64,000 nucleotides of DNA from Salisapilia sapeloensis CBS 127946 (lineage: Eukaryota > Protista > Oomycota). A program made the translations under genes and the position numbers. Positions 32,601 to 44,925 of the stretch are shown here, one piece after another. The notes below the pieces were generated by a model. That model was not told the origin of the DNA, did not search any database, and saw only the letters and a list, made by a program, of their open reading frames with translations. The stretch is taken from NCBI GenBank assembly GCA_023334545.1, contig JAADVB010000024.1, forward strand, positions 1 through 64,000. Reading direction: 5' to 3'. Every line of letters begins with the position of its first letter. Position 1 is the stretch's first letter.

Positions 32601-33489
32601 AAGGACAATGTAGGCGAAGTAAGTAGCGAAATCGTCAAACCACTTTCATTCATCGTCCAGCCGACTGAGTTTCATCCGCAATTTGAAGACATTGAACGAG
32701 CTCAGAGATTCCGGCATGATAAATGGCGTGAAGTTCAGCTTTTGTTTGCAGCATTTTCAGCGAGGTAAGTTATGATGATAGAGGTTAAATGTACTAGGAA
32801 TAACTCTGTGTTTATAGCTTACTCAAAGACTTTCGAAAGTATTGCCAGACCTATGTGACTCCCGACGGTGAATCAAGGGTTACATTTGACGGCCGAAGCT
32901 TCTTGTCTGTGCACCCAGCTTTACGAGACTTTTGCTATTGCCTCTTCCAAACACAGCTCTTCCAGCACTTCATTGAGCAACATGCGTACAGCACGTAATG
33001 TCGATTATATTCTATATGATGAGCAGGATTTCTTATGAATAAAAATATGATAGAGATGCTGAAACTTGGACACAGCTTGAGCAATTCTGGCGAGTGTCGA
33101 GAGGTAAAGGGAACCCTCAACGCAAGGCAGAGTATCTGGAAGCAACAACTCAGAAGAAGTCATCTATTCTACTTGCTCCAACAGCAAAAACAACGCCACT
33201 AAAGCGGACGATGAAAGTTGACATCATGCCAGAAGAGTTCAAACAAGCAGCTAGACAAGAAAAGTTTCCACCACTTGATAATAGCCTGTACATAATGATG
33301 CTTCAAAGCAAATACAGTGATCCAAGTCAGAGTAAAATCTGTGTAGAGCCCATTGATGCAGAGCCAGCATCCTCAATGGATGCACCAACGGTGGCGTCAA
33401 GCGTAGGGAGTAGAAAGGAAAATATCGATATCGATGCACTAGTGAAATCAGCACGAAGACATATAGATCAAGAAGCAAACAAAGCATAA
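29695..33489 (+). CDS. DENN-domain Rab GEF-like protein with long N-terminal helical (TPR-like) and degenerate EF-hand-like region (multi-exon)
   Basis: The 544-aa first ORF splices in phase 0 (intron 31231-31289, GTACAC..TAG) into uDENN (KFCFPNG, FDLVLT, FGSCL), cDENN (PKCICLLSKFP, LFQCLS, LTEKKIVL, VYIPVLP, PVPFFMGI, VVDLDTN) and dDENN (LFQTQLFQHFIE). Confidence 0.82.
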
Positions 33490-33521
33490 GAGATGGAAAA
33501 AGAGCTTTCATTCCTTAAACT

Positions 33522-34455
33522 CTAATCTTGTTTAGAACGCTCAAATGCTTCCTTCTCATAGTTCTCAATGCGGCTTTTAAACAATGTTGGCAGAAGAGCG
33601 ACAAACTGAAGAGCGAAGAGGATGGCAAAATTGACAGCGTTACTCCCGCCTTCTTCTCCTGCTGCACTGTTCAAAGTCGCTCCGGTCGAAATGTGAAGAA
33701 AGTTGGCCGGCATAAGACCTAGACGGCTATCATTAGTAAAAACATAAGTTGTAAAAATTAATTTGAATGCAGTACCGATGAAAGTAGCGAGGAAAAAGTA
33801 TGAAAACGGCACATCGACTAGTGGGCAGGCGATGTTGACGAACCAGTTTGGCAGCAATGGCGTGATTCGAAGGAAGAGGAGGTAGAAGAAGATGCTGTCC
33901 TTATTCTGAGCGATCTTCTGCTTGAAATTGGTGATCATAGAGCTAAAGAGACGATTGAAAACGCCTTTTCCAAGGAAATACGAGAGCATGAAGCACAGGG
34001 AAGCACCAGTCGTTGCACAGAAAGCGACTAAGAGTTGTGCTTCCCAGAACGGATACATTGCACCGGACAATATGCTCAGCACAATTGGCCCTGGGATGGC
34101 AAAAGTCTGAAGGACGATGTATACGAGGCAGAAACTAGCCAAAACAAAACCAGCATTCTGGTCCTTGTACTTGCTAGCGCAACTCCATAGTCCGTGCACA
34201 GTTCCCATCTTGTCATCTCGACCGTTCAACCACTTTGGTAGTACACCTTGAATAACATATCCGAAGGAGATAGGCTCACATTCAGTACTATGGTGCAAAT
34301 TTCGTCGTTACAAAGAGCAAATAGCTATGTAGGTGAAATATTGCTTACAAGGATGCTTCAGGTGCAGACTGGAAAAAGAGGTAGACGCCACCAGCGGCGC
34401 AAGAAGCGAAGAGGGCCAATAGAATTGCCTGCTTCGTGGAGCTTAACGATTCCAT
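33522..34455 (-). CDS. TMEM41: TMEM41/VTT (SNARE-associated, DedA family) membrane protein
   Basis: First exon MESLSSTKQAILLALF.. (ATG 34455). Motifs YIVLQTFAIPG, LSGAMY, YLLFLRITPLLPNWFVNIACP.VDVP, FFLATFIG. Confidence 0.88.
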
Positions 34456-35191
34456 GATCCAAAGTAGCAAATGAATTGTAGTGCAGATTAGGAGCCGGAG
34501 CTAAATTTACATATGTATGCTGAGCTGCAACTACAGTGCACACTATAATAATAGGGTCATATTGCTATATGAAATGTCTTTGATGCCACTTTGCCGAGAT
34601 GCTTATAGATGATACTGTAGTTCTGTACGAATGGACTTATCGGGCATTGATGCGAATCAATAGACAGTCAGCTAGAAAAGCTCTTCTTCTATGATAGAGT
34701 TTAATATTTTGGCACGCACTGTAATATATTTGTCGAAAGCGATCTGGCAATCTAGCAAAATGATTTGAAGTTTACAGAAATAAACTCCATAATTGGCAAC
34801 AACTTTACCAGTATCGTTTATATTTTATATATATGTGTATATGTTGCTTGAAACCCATATTTGATGGAGACTATGCCAAGACCAAACATACAAAAGTAGC
34901 GAATCTGAAGCAGATCAGAATGATCTATTTTTAAAATACCTTGCTTGAGATGATGCGACTCCATGAGGATATCCGTTTCATAGCCGCTTTATCAGCTAAA
35001 TTGAATATGACAAATATTTTTGGCACGTATCAAAATTTTGGCATTCCTGCACAAGTCGTTGTTGTATTACTATCCTTGAGAACGTGCTTGCCTGAGGCTC
35101 TTCAATCGATCATCCACGATCTCATATTTCCGCTGGAACGGCGTGGATGAACAGCACAATCCAAATCCCTGAAAGGTCATCACTGATCAAA

Positions 35192-36784
35192 ATGTCATTC
35201 TCCCTCGCAGACTACAACGCCAAGTACATTTATGTCTTTACAATCGTATTTGGATCTGCCTACAGGTATGTGTAGATCTACAATTCTCATCTACTTTCTA
35301 AGCAATCATTATATAAACCATTTAATAAATGTGGTCACGATAGTATCATCTCGCAGCTACTTGTCGGAGAATATGCATATTCTTTATGCAATTTGCCCTT
35401 CTCATCAGCATCGACGGAAAATATCCAGGTGATTGCTCAGTTGCTACTAGTCATACCAGCAGGTTTTGCAGTGGACTACTTTCGCCGAGATCGCATCATA
35501 TTGCTCGCAGCCATATCTGGCATAATTGCCTCTGCTGCCAGCGCAATGGCTTTCCACCAGGATCAGACGTCTATCATGACATTAGCATTTATCTTCTGGG
35601 GAGTATTCATGGCCTGTATACTACCAGCTATAAACGCTTTACTCGGAGACTCTGTTCCGATGGGGTACCGATCTGGTCCTTTCACTGTCATGTTTGTGCT
35701 AGAACACATCGGAAAGCTTTCCATGCCATGTTTTGCACTGGCTATCTATACACGTGACCACGATAGCTTGGAACCCCAAGAGCTTAGACCTGTGGTGTTT
35801 GTTGGAGCTCTCATGGCAGGTACTTCCATGCTCATTTTGCTCCGACTAAATGATGACATGGCGCACGAAAACAAACAGTATATCATTGCCATGGAGCGTG
35901 AGCTCAGCTCCATCGCTCGTAACTTTGAGGACGAGTCATCTAGCAATTGTACCTCGTTAGGACCAGATTCAGTATCGTTTGATCAAGAGATGACTATTGG
36001 ATCCGACTTAAGAAACTACAACAGTGCTCCACCTGGTATATTGACACCGTCAGCTGGAAATGAACTGTCGAGACTACTTCCGACACCTGCATTGGAAACT
36101 CCGACATACAGACCGCTATATACATTGTCAGCGTATAACGAACCGCTCACCACTTATGCAGTGCATGAGTCTTCCATTATCATCACTGCTTTCGGTTTCG
36201 ACTCAGGCCATGTTCCATTTCTGCTGCTCTATTCCAACGTGCTTATTCAAATAGCCGATGGCTTGACAGTTCCCAACCTTGTACTATATTTCATTACTAA
36301 ACTGGAGGTATCGTTTATACACGTTTTCGCGATGCAGCTAGGACAATTACTCTTGGTCTGTGTTATGGCCTGTGTCATCCAAAAGCAATCCCGCGAAAAT
36401 GGGCGCATGCCAATGGTAGTGATAACGAGATTATTGTCGGTAGCATGCCTGGTTTGCATAATGGTAGTGCCTTCCGTAAAGATACAGTGTGCTCTCTTCG
36501 TTCTCAGAGGAGCATTTTATAATTGCGCCGACCCATTACGACTCTCGCTCCTGATAGATTTTGTGAACAAGTCTACGCGTGGACGATGGGTAGCTGCATT
36601 TGCTCTACCAGCACTTTGGTCGATGACAAGCGCAAAGATTAGTGAACAAATCGTCGATAGTTATGGAATTTCGTGGTGCTTTATGATTGCAACAATTGTA
36701 AGTTCGCTTGGTATCGCGACTGAAGCTATTTTAATACCGCTAACGCGACACACCATGGAGCATCCTACTCCAAGCAAGCATTGA
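35192..36784 (+). CDS. Major facilitator superfamily transporter (multi-exon 5' end)
   Basis: First exon MSFSLADYNAKYIYVFTIVFGSAY|GTATGT. Multiple TM helices with MFS motif A-like GFAVDYFRRD and QKQSRENGRMP in two halves, separated by a long hydrophilic loop. Confidence 0.8.
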
Positions 36785-39760
36785 ACACAGCCTAAAATAT
36801 TGTTATTGCCAGGATCACCACTTGCGGTTTAAAGTTGGATATAGCTAGCTAAATTCTAGTAGTGAACTCTAGCATGAAGTGCAAATGGCCATTAGCTCTT
36901 CTTCTTCTACTTTTGTACTTGTTATGTTTAATTGTGTTCATTGCAAATCTACTTGGCGAGACTATCCTAAGATAAGGACATATCCCCTCTAGATAGAGTT
37001 ACGTCTTGTTTGGAGGTGTTCGAATACATATAATATACCTAGGCACGCGACTTGACTTGACAATCATTTGCTACTTGTAGTTCACAAGCCAGCTTACCGC
37101 TTAAAGCATTGACGTTTTGATACATACACGTCTGCATTAAATGCCTTCACCGTATAGGCACTACTTTAAAAATGCATCCCAAGGTAGTTTGATGCCTTGA
37201 TGTGCACAAGCGTTGTTTATGCAAAAACCATAGCTTGACAGTAGCGCTGGAGTAACTTTATGCTTGGGTTCATGCTAGAAGAAATGATGGAACGCGAGCA
37301 CCAGGGTTGGGAAAATATTCATGCAAAATGGATGGATGTTTGTATTTTTAATTTCATTCATAATGGTACCATTGCTCATTGATGGTGGTTACCATGAAGT
37401 TACTTGACCGACTTGTACCCATGACATGAAATAATTATGACACAGTTATTCCACATCCTACAGCTGTCCAAAGGTGAAGTTGTGGAACTTGTCAGTTGCA
37501 AACTAATTCTATGTAATTGAGCGAAGATTGTTCAGTATTAGATCGGCGGCACACTTCCATTCTGGTAAACAGTTAGGACGTGTGCGCGCTGAATACCTAT
37601 ACGGCAACATTGGGGTTTCCCGTTTTGTAATTTTATTCGTTGTAGTCGAATCAGGCAATTCGGCGTTCATTTAGCATAGCCGATTTGCTTTGCCATTTGC
37701 CATTAGAAACCTAACGCTACACTTCGATACAACTTTCTCCCACTACATCAAATGCTTAAGTGCGTGCTCTGTACTGCCAATGAATATACGAATTCATATT
37801 CTTGAGTTATTTCTATCTTGATCTTTGATGCAATTAGGAAGAAAGCATCTTCGAGAAGATTTCCTGTCATGCCTGGTGCTTGAAGTGTGCACATTTGAAA
37901 AAGCGCGCGAAAGACTCAGTAAGCTCTTCGCTTTACTTGCGCTAGTTAGCTCTTCGCTATTATTTCAGAACATACAATGTACAGTGGTGGACGGGATAAT
38001 TGGTCAATATTTACGACTCACACTGTACTATGTCCGATTAAAATGGCGAAGAGTTCAATGTTGCAAATAAATCGAACGAAACTTCAACCTGAAGGGCTTC
38101 AAGGATACACCATGATAAGCTCGACACTAGTCCCGCGAAAACATGACAGAGGAACGGACAATCTACGTGGACAGGAAGGGAAAGATGGTTAGCGATGTGA
38201 GCATAGGATGCACCAGCAGAGGCGTAGGCATTGATTTCAATTGTAATATATCCGTGTATGTTCTCAAAATGCCGTGTTCCTTGCATAATACCCGATTTTC
38301 TGCTCAACAAACTTTTCTATTCTTGCTTACTTTTGGTTATACTGTCAGGTTAATTGTTAGACGCACTGACAATTTGCCCTCAAATAGTACCCTGGTTTCT
38401 TCGCTCCTTCCATTATGGATATGATAAATGGAGAATGATGGAGAAATGAGGGGGACATTTCCCAACTCTGTCGAGCACAGATTAAGCGCAGAGAATAAAA
38501 TTTATGCAAGATTACAATTTTCAAATTGTGCATATGGAAATGTGCCGATGCCCAGGTGATCATTATACTATCCTGTTCCAGTTCGTAAAAGTTATTTTCG
38601 GTTCTACTCTAACTTTCCTACGATGGTTCATTGAATCGCCAGACTCGTATCGCCAGACCTCTAAAATGTATACTTTAGGCTGCCAAAAATGAATTGCCGA
38701 GAAATAGAATACGAAAAAGACTTTCCGGAGAAGTTTTCGGAACGGTAGCAGTAAGAAAATCTTTTTAGTTTCTCGATATATTATGAAGGGTGATGAATGA
38801 AAGGGGAATATGGCTGCAGTGTAGAGACTTTTCGCATTGGATAGTGCTGATTCTTAGCTATCTTCAATCTTCTCTTATCTCTCTACATCTATCCATGGTA
38901 GTCGTCTCGGACCTTTCGGATACCTTTTGAGCTTAATGTCACATCCGCTCTTACTTTCAAGCCTTGAACAAAACTGCCCATTCTCCGATCCCCACAACGC
39001 GCAACCGAACAGAAGCAACCCACGCTCAATTTGCAAGACCTCCAGGGAAGCCGGGTCATCCTGGAAGTCACTTCTTCACTAACGTGTGCCGGTCAACCAG
39101 AGGGAGCTCAAAGTATGACTGAAATGTATTGCATTTAACAAAACTGGCAAGCCAACCTGAAGGATTCGACATGCGAAGGCAGCTGACAACGGACATTTCG
39201 ACGACCGAAGTGAACAGAAGAAGATGCACAGAGTAAAGATATGCGGGCGCTAAGGTGGAACGATTGTAGATATACATATAAAAAGATGACGTCGGCGGTA
39301 TTGTAATTTATTTATTTAAAAGAGTTATGTCGGCTAACAACACCCAACGCCGCGCGAAGCGGTGGTGTTAATTACAGAGACGTCTTACGACTACCCTATG
39401 ATAGGAGCCCAGTCGGTATTGTGAGGGATTAATGTGGACGGAAAGCTATGTGGCACATGTGCTGCAGACATGCGTAGCCGTCTACGCCCATATATTGTTA
39501 AGCACATACGGGAGACCAGTATGGATGCCAGTGCTCTTTCGTTTTCGCTTAGATTAGCTGGTAGTCGGTAAATTTAAACGGAAATGACAATACATGCCCG
39601 AGTAGTCTCAGCGCCCAAAGCGAGTTGAAGATCAAAGTAAGGAAATTTATTCATAGCCAGAATCTCAAGTGTTGGTCAATAAAATAGTACATCAACAGAC
39701 GTAATTTTATTTATAAGCTCTGGCAGGTCGACGTAGGATACCAACAATCAATCTTGGCAC

Positions 39761-39771
39761 AAATAAAAGAA
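39761..39771 (-). terminator. Pol III oligo-T terminator of tRNA-Thr
   Basis: The minus strand reads TTCTTTTATTT immediately after the discriminator base. Confidence 0.6.
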
Positions 39772-39843
39772 AGCCTCCAGGCGGGATTGAACCACCGACC
39801 TTTCGCTTACGAAGCGAGTGCTCTACCACTGAGCTATAGAGGC
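39772..39843 (-). tRNA. trnT-CGU: tRNA-Thr (anticodon CGU)
   Basis: GCCTCTATAGCTCAGTGGTAGAGCACTCGCTTCGTAAGCGAAAGGTCGGTGGTTCAATCCCGCCTGGAGGCT. Acceptor stem 7 bp, A-box TAGCTCAGTGG, anticodon loop TT-CGT-AA, B-box GGTTCAATCC. No encoded CCA; T-run downstream. Confidence 0.95.
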
Positions 39844-40531
39844 ATTCGTCAATAATAACGATCATAAAATATATAATGTTTAAATTTTTTGTTTATCAAG
39901 ATTATCTCTAGGTTTAAGAATGAAATGATGGTTTGCGGGGTGATAGTTCAATATCAATTGCCTATTCGGCTAAAACCACAAGCTGTCTGCGAGATAGGTA
40001 ATCTTATCAAGTGACTGAGGGTCTCACCCATTGCTTAACAATGAATAATTCTTCATTTCCACTCGATGGCTCATCTATAATTGACTGCTGTAGTAAATAT
40101 CTTATATGCCTAAGAATCACGCACCAACACTGGCTATGAAAATTACTTTGGTATATTGAATCTACTGATGCTTCTTACTCTTCTGCATCCATTTCTGCTA
40201 TCTACGTTCCTTAAGGCAGCGCGAATGTGCTTTTGCTTAACTAATCGGTGTGCAAACAGAATAGCTATTCCATCTAGAGGTGTATTTGGTCCGACGATGA
40301 GATCCTAAGTAATACGCAGTTAAGTCGCATTTTATCGTGCGTTGAGCAATGCAAAGATATATGTAGACAGCTAGAACACGAAAACGACAAGAGAGATGTC
40401 TAAGTCGGAATGAAAAGAAATGTCGGCAAAACATACAAGTAGCTTATAGCTTTTGGCAGAAGGCATGATGAGAATACGTAAAAGATAAAACCAAATCCAT
40501 TTTTCTTTGATTTAGCGATCAAAATGGCTAC

Positions 40532-42309
40532 TTAAAAGTAAAACGGGCAGAACGTGATGAGGCCACTGCTCCATCCAATCGATAACAACGCTCCATTTTC
40601 ACAATTCGATGCAAAGGAAAGATGGAGTGGTACTCCAGCATTCGACGGTCCACGAACAAGTCCACTGTCACCACAAATACCATCATTAATACCTATACTG
40701 TGCAAATATCTAGGTCGTATGGAGCTCGTACCTGCGCGTGAAGACGAGGAGAGGTTCTTTCGTGACTGTGAAGATCAAAACTAGCTCGGACAAGGGCGTG
40801 CCTTGTTTACTACTATCAGAATTTCCATTCGGACGGAATGTCATGGCAATGCGACATCCTTTCGGGTCCCAAGCAACCGCATCTGGACGGCCCCCAACCA
40901 ACCTAGTTTCAAGTTATAAGAGCTTTCAAGCAAAAACTGTAGCAGATGAACGTACTCTGTTGCGCTTTCATCGAGCGAGACGAGAAACTGTTCAGAAAAG
41001 TCGAGAGCCGGCACATTGATCTCAGCATCTACTATCCAACGTTACTACCTTTTGATACGACACAAACTAATTAAACGAACCGAATGATGGCGGAGATTCG
41101 TGGAAGATGTACGGGAAAAGCAGCGTACTGTTTTGCTGTCCAACGAACAACATCTTTCCATCGCCAGACCAGGCGCAAGCCTAATGTAAAGTAAAAAGTG
41201 GTAGAAATGAGTTCCATCGCTTACGAAAAAATTTCTCTCGATGCTTGGTATGATGAATACGTACAGACGTAGCAACTTCCCAAACTTCCTTCTTCCAGCT
41301 ACAGGTTTCCCAAATGATAGATACTCCCTCGCTAACGGCATCGATATCAGTTAGACAACAGTATTTCTTGCACAAAGGAAACTTTATACCTCGTAGTAGC
41401 GAATAAATAGTCGCCATTTGGAGACCAGTGAAGACTTTCTACCGGCTCTTCACAATAAAGCTCGGATCTTTGGGATAGAATGACGTCATAGACGTATACG
41501 AGCTGAGCGTGAGCAGTGCAAGCCGCTAATAAACTTCCTTCGTTATTCCAAGCTATGTGTTCAAAGCGTTTTCCGAGCGGATGACGGATGATTTCGTGAA
41601 CAGTGGGCACGCTATTTGCGTTCATGGGCTGATAGACCCACAAAAAGATGCCATATCGACAGGCAACTGCAATCTTGCCACCGGAGTAATTTGCCCATCG
41701 GATCGATGTTACTCCTTTTTGATCTGAGTGCTGTAGCACTTGGTGCTCCCACGCCGAGTTCTTGCTATTGTAGAACGCGACGGAGCCATTCTTTTGTGCA
41801 ATTGCAAGGACAGGGAATGTCGGGTGCCAACTCATTGACACAATGGGACACATCTTCCGCTCCTTGTCTCCTGTGGATGCGACTGCTCCTAAATTCCTCG
41901 GCTTCTGAAGCATAGATTCGTTTCCAGTGAAGACATGTGCCCAAGCAGATTGGATTCCAGCCACTGCCTTCTGTAGGACTTGCAATTCGTCATCATAGAA
42001 GAACGAGTAGATTGCAGAGCCAATGCGAGGCAATAGAGGTCGAACAAAGTATTCATCATCGTCTTCATCAGTAGCATATTCCTCGACGGAGTGGTCTCCT
42101 TCGCCAGACAAGGATGTATTTGCCTTGATAGGAGGGAAAATCGTTCCTCCACGACGAACATAGACATCTCCTGTATGTGTCTCATCGTTGGCGGATACAC
42201 TAAGCAGCTCTCCGTCCAGTTCACCTAACGTAGCAGACGCCAATGGAGGCAATAAGCTCGAACGGACTTCGTCCATTGCTAAAATTTGATTTGTGTCCGC
42301 CACTTGCAT
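40532..42309 (-). CDS. AAAS: ALADIN WD40 nucleoporin (multi-exon; start 42309 or 42276)
   Basis: N-terminal LLPPLASATLGELDGEL. WD repeats WHP..PVLAIA, QKGVTSIRWAN.SGGKIAVACRYGIFLW, WSPNGDYLFATT, VGGRPDAVAWDPKGCRIA. C-terminal GALLSIGWSSGLITFCPFYF* closely resembles the ALADIN C-terminal repeat. Confidence 0.85.
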
Positions 42310-42412
42310 GCATCCACAAAACCACCGTTTTAAACTTATTTTAACGTAAAATTGCATTATTGGGGTGCTAAATCGTTTGACAAGCTATGATGGACACAAA
42401 CGACTTGGTCAA

Positions 42413-44877
42413 ATGCATTTCAAGCTACAGTGCCTCATAGCGGATTATAAATCCTCGTTTTCATCTGCAGCTTACGTCACGAGATCGACATGGAAAACGT
42501 TGGGTTGTGGCTTTGATTTTTATGTCATTATTGAGGCAAATGATGCGTCCAAACGGTTATTTTATCTGGAGGTGGACAACGATGTTGGAATCGATGGCTG
42601 TATCACCATTGATCATTGGCCTGATAATAAAGAATTTGGCCAGAAAAGTCTTCATGAAAGCATGGTGAATGTAGAGGTTATAGCACCGGCTTTTGTGCCT
42701 AGCGTGGAATGCATTCAGCTGGCGCCTTTGACAGATCATCCGAGCAGACGTCTGCCGAAAACCTTTTTACGAAGCTTATTGCTTCATCGACACATTATTC
42801 ACGGCTCTAGTGGTGTTGTTGATCTGCAAAAAGATGGTGTTACATACGGAAGGTGGAGTTACAGAGCTTACTCTCGACGCCAAAGCCGCACATTGGGTGA
42901 TGCCACTGGCTGCTCTGCTGCTGTTGTCAATAAAGACACGATCTTACTTTCAACTCCCTTTGTACCTTCCAAAATAGCTGAAGGAGTGGATGCATCCATT
43001 CCACCACATGCAGAACGACTGCATCAAATGATATCACTAGGCCTCCAGCCAAGGAACTTTGACCGATCAGGTAAAGATACACATAGATCAATACCAAGAT
43101 ACCGTATTTAAATGCTTCTAGGCTTGCAGATACGGTCCATATTGATTGATGCACCATCCGGCGCGGGTAAAACGACTGCAGTAGAACTATCAGCAAAGGC
43201 ACTTGATGTGAATCTATTGAAATTGGACGGAGGGATCTTGGCCAACACTTCTGTTCGTATCGAGGAATACTTTACAGCTGCCTTACGTATGAGACCCTGC
43301 ATTCTGCTCCTAGATGAACTAGAGCTGTTATGTCCAAACGTTGAGGACCAACTCAAGTACAAGTTCATGTCGAGACTAGTCACCACGATGCAAGCAACAT
43401 GTAAGAACCTCCCATAGCAATTGTATAAATGCTCTGCAAAGTAGTGACATGTAGAGTAAAATAGATGAAAGAAAAGATGGTCGTGTACTTGTTCTCGGTG
43501 CAGTTTCATCCGTGAGTACTCTTCATCCGAGTATAAGACAAGTATTTGACGAAGAAGAGCAACTGCCTGTAAGTACACATACCCGCAAAGCATAATCCTA
43601 TCCTCGTGATTAAACCCTTGGTTGTGTCTGTAGCTACCTAGCGAACAGTGGTCCATGGACATTTTGTCGTCGATGCTTTTGCCATATACGACATCAAGAC
43701 AAGCCTTACGCTCGGTCGTCGTTCGGTATGGACAACAACCAGGCCACCTGAGCTCCATTGCTCGATACCTCCATGCACACGACATTCGCAACAAAGCAAA
43801 TGAAATCACAGAGTCAGCGTTATTAGAAGCAGGTAGGAAGTGCATCCACACTTCATCTCAAACATTCACGACATCCATCCCAAACGTTTCGTGGAATGAC
43901 ATCGGTGGCCTCGATTCCATTAAACAGAAACTCATTGAAATGGTCGTCTGGCCACTCGAAAGACCTCATGTATTCACAAAGATGGGCATCTCACCACCGA
44001 GAGGTGTGATGCTGCACGGACCACCTGGGACCGGCAAGACGCTGCTAGCCAAGGCAGCTGCCAAAGCAAGTGGCTGCAACTTTTTGAATGTTGCTGCGAG
44101 CGACATCATGCAAGCGGAACTTGGGGAAAGCGAGAAAGCGATAGCAAGAGCTTTTGCCACAGCCAGATCACTTAGTCCATGTCTTGTCTTCATTGATGAG
44201 TTCCAGGCTCTATTTGGCGACCGATCTACTAGTGGAACAGTATATCCTCTGCTTTTGTTTATCAAGGATGAAGCTTACAAAAACGAATGATACGTAGACA
44301 ACGTCACAAATGATATCGCAATTGCTCATGGAACTCGACTCGATCCATGCAACAGCTATGGATGAGGAAGACCATAATGATTCGTCAAAAGTATCAAGCA
44401 CCGGGGCTGGACGTATATTCGTCCTAGCAGCCACGAATTATTTGTCTGCTGTCGACCCAGCCTTCTTGCAACCAGGTACACATACATACGCATACTAGTA
44501 CGGAGACCAATTGGTCGCTTACATATCTATTGAAGGTCGATTTGAGAATGTCTTGTACGTTGGTTTACCTGGTGCAGACGAGCGCAAGTTGATTCTTCAG
44601 CTCCAAGCATCTAGAATGCCTTGGAGTGAAGACGTTGACTTGGATACACTAGTGCATCATACGGAAGGAGCGAATGCAGCGACACTAGTAGCACTGTGTC
44701 AAGCTGCTGCAATGGAAACCATGCAGCGTACATCGACTGCAGACAATGGAGCTGCTGCATTGGTAACGACCCTCTTTTACACACCGCTTATCGCATATTA
44801 ACAGAAACATCGTATAGATCACCATGGATGACTTCCACATTGCACTTGGTAGAGGTAGATTTTATGTAGACAAGTAG
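42413..44877 (+). CDS. Double-ring AAA+ ATPase, CDC48/AFG2-like (multi-exon), with degenerate motifs
   Basis: D1: DAPSGAGKT, LLLDELE. D2: VSWNDIGGL..IKQKL..MVVWPL, GPPGTGKT, VFIDEFQ, ATN..AVDPAFLQPG|RFE. Last exon ITMDDFHIALG..VDK*. Confidence 0.85.
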
Positions 44878-44925
44878 GACATCAGACAAGTAAAAGGCGA
44901 AGACATGCTTGCTTCCTATTTCGAT

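Noticed and set aside
38889-39760. Possible retroelement or SINE remnant near the tRNA (FVQGLK gag-like word)
   Set aside because: No LTR pair, PBS, RT or integrase motifs, or poly-A/TSD visible.
39772-39843. Functional link between this tRNA-Thr and the TrhO-OMT fusion
   Set aside because: The anticodon is CGU (C34), not a U34 substrate, and it lies 39 kb away.
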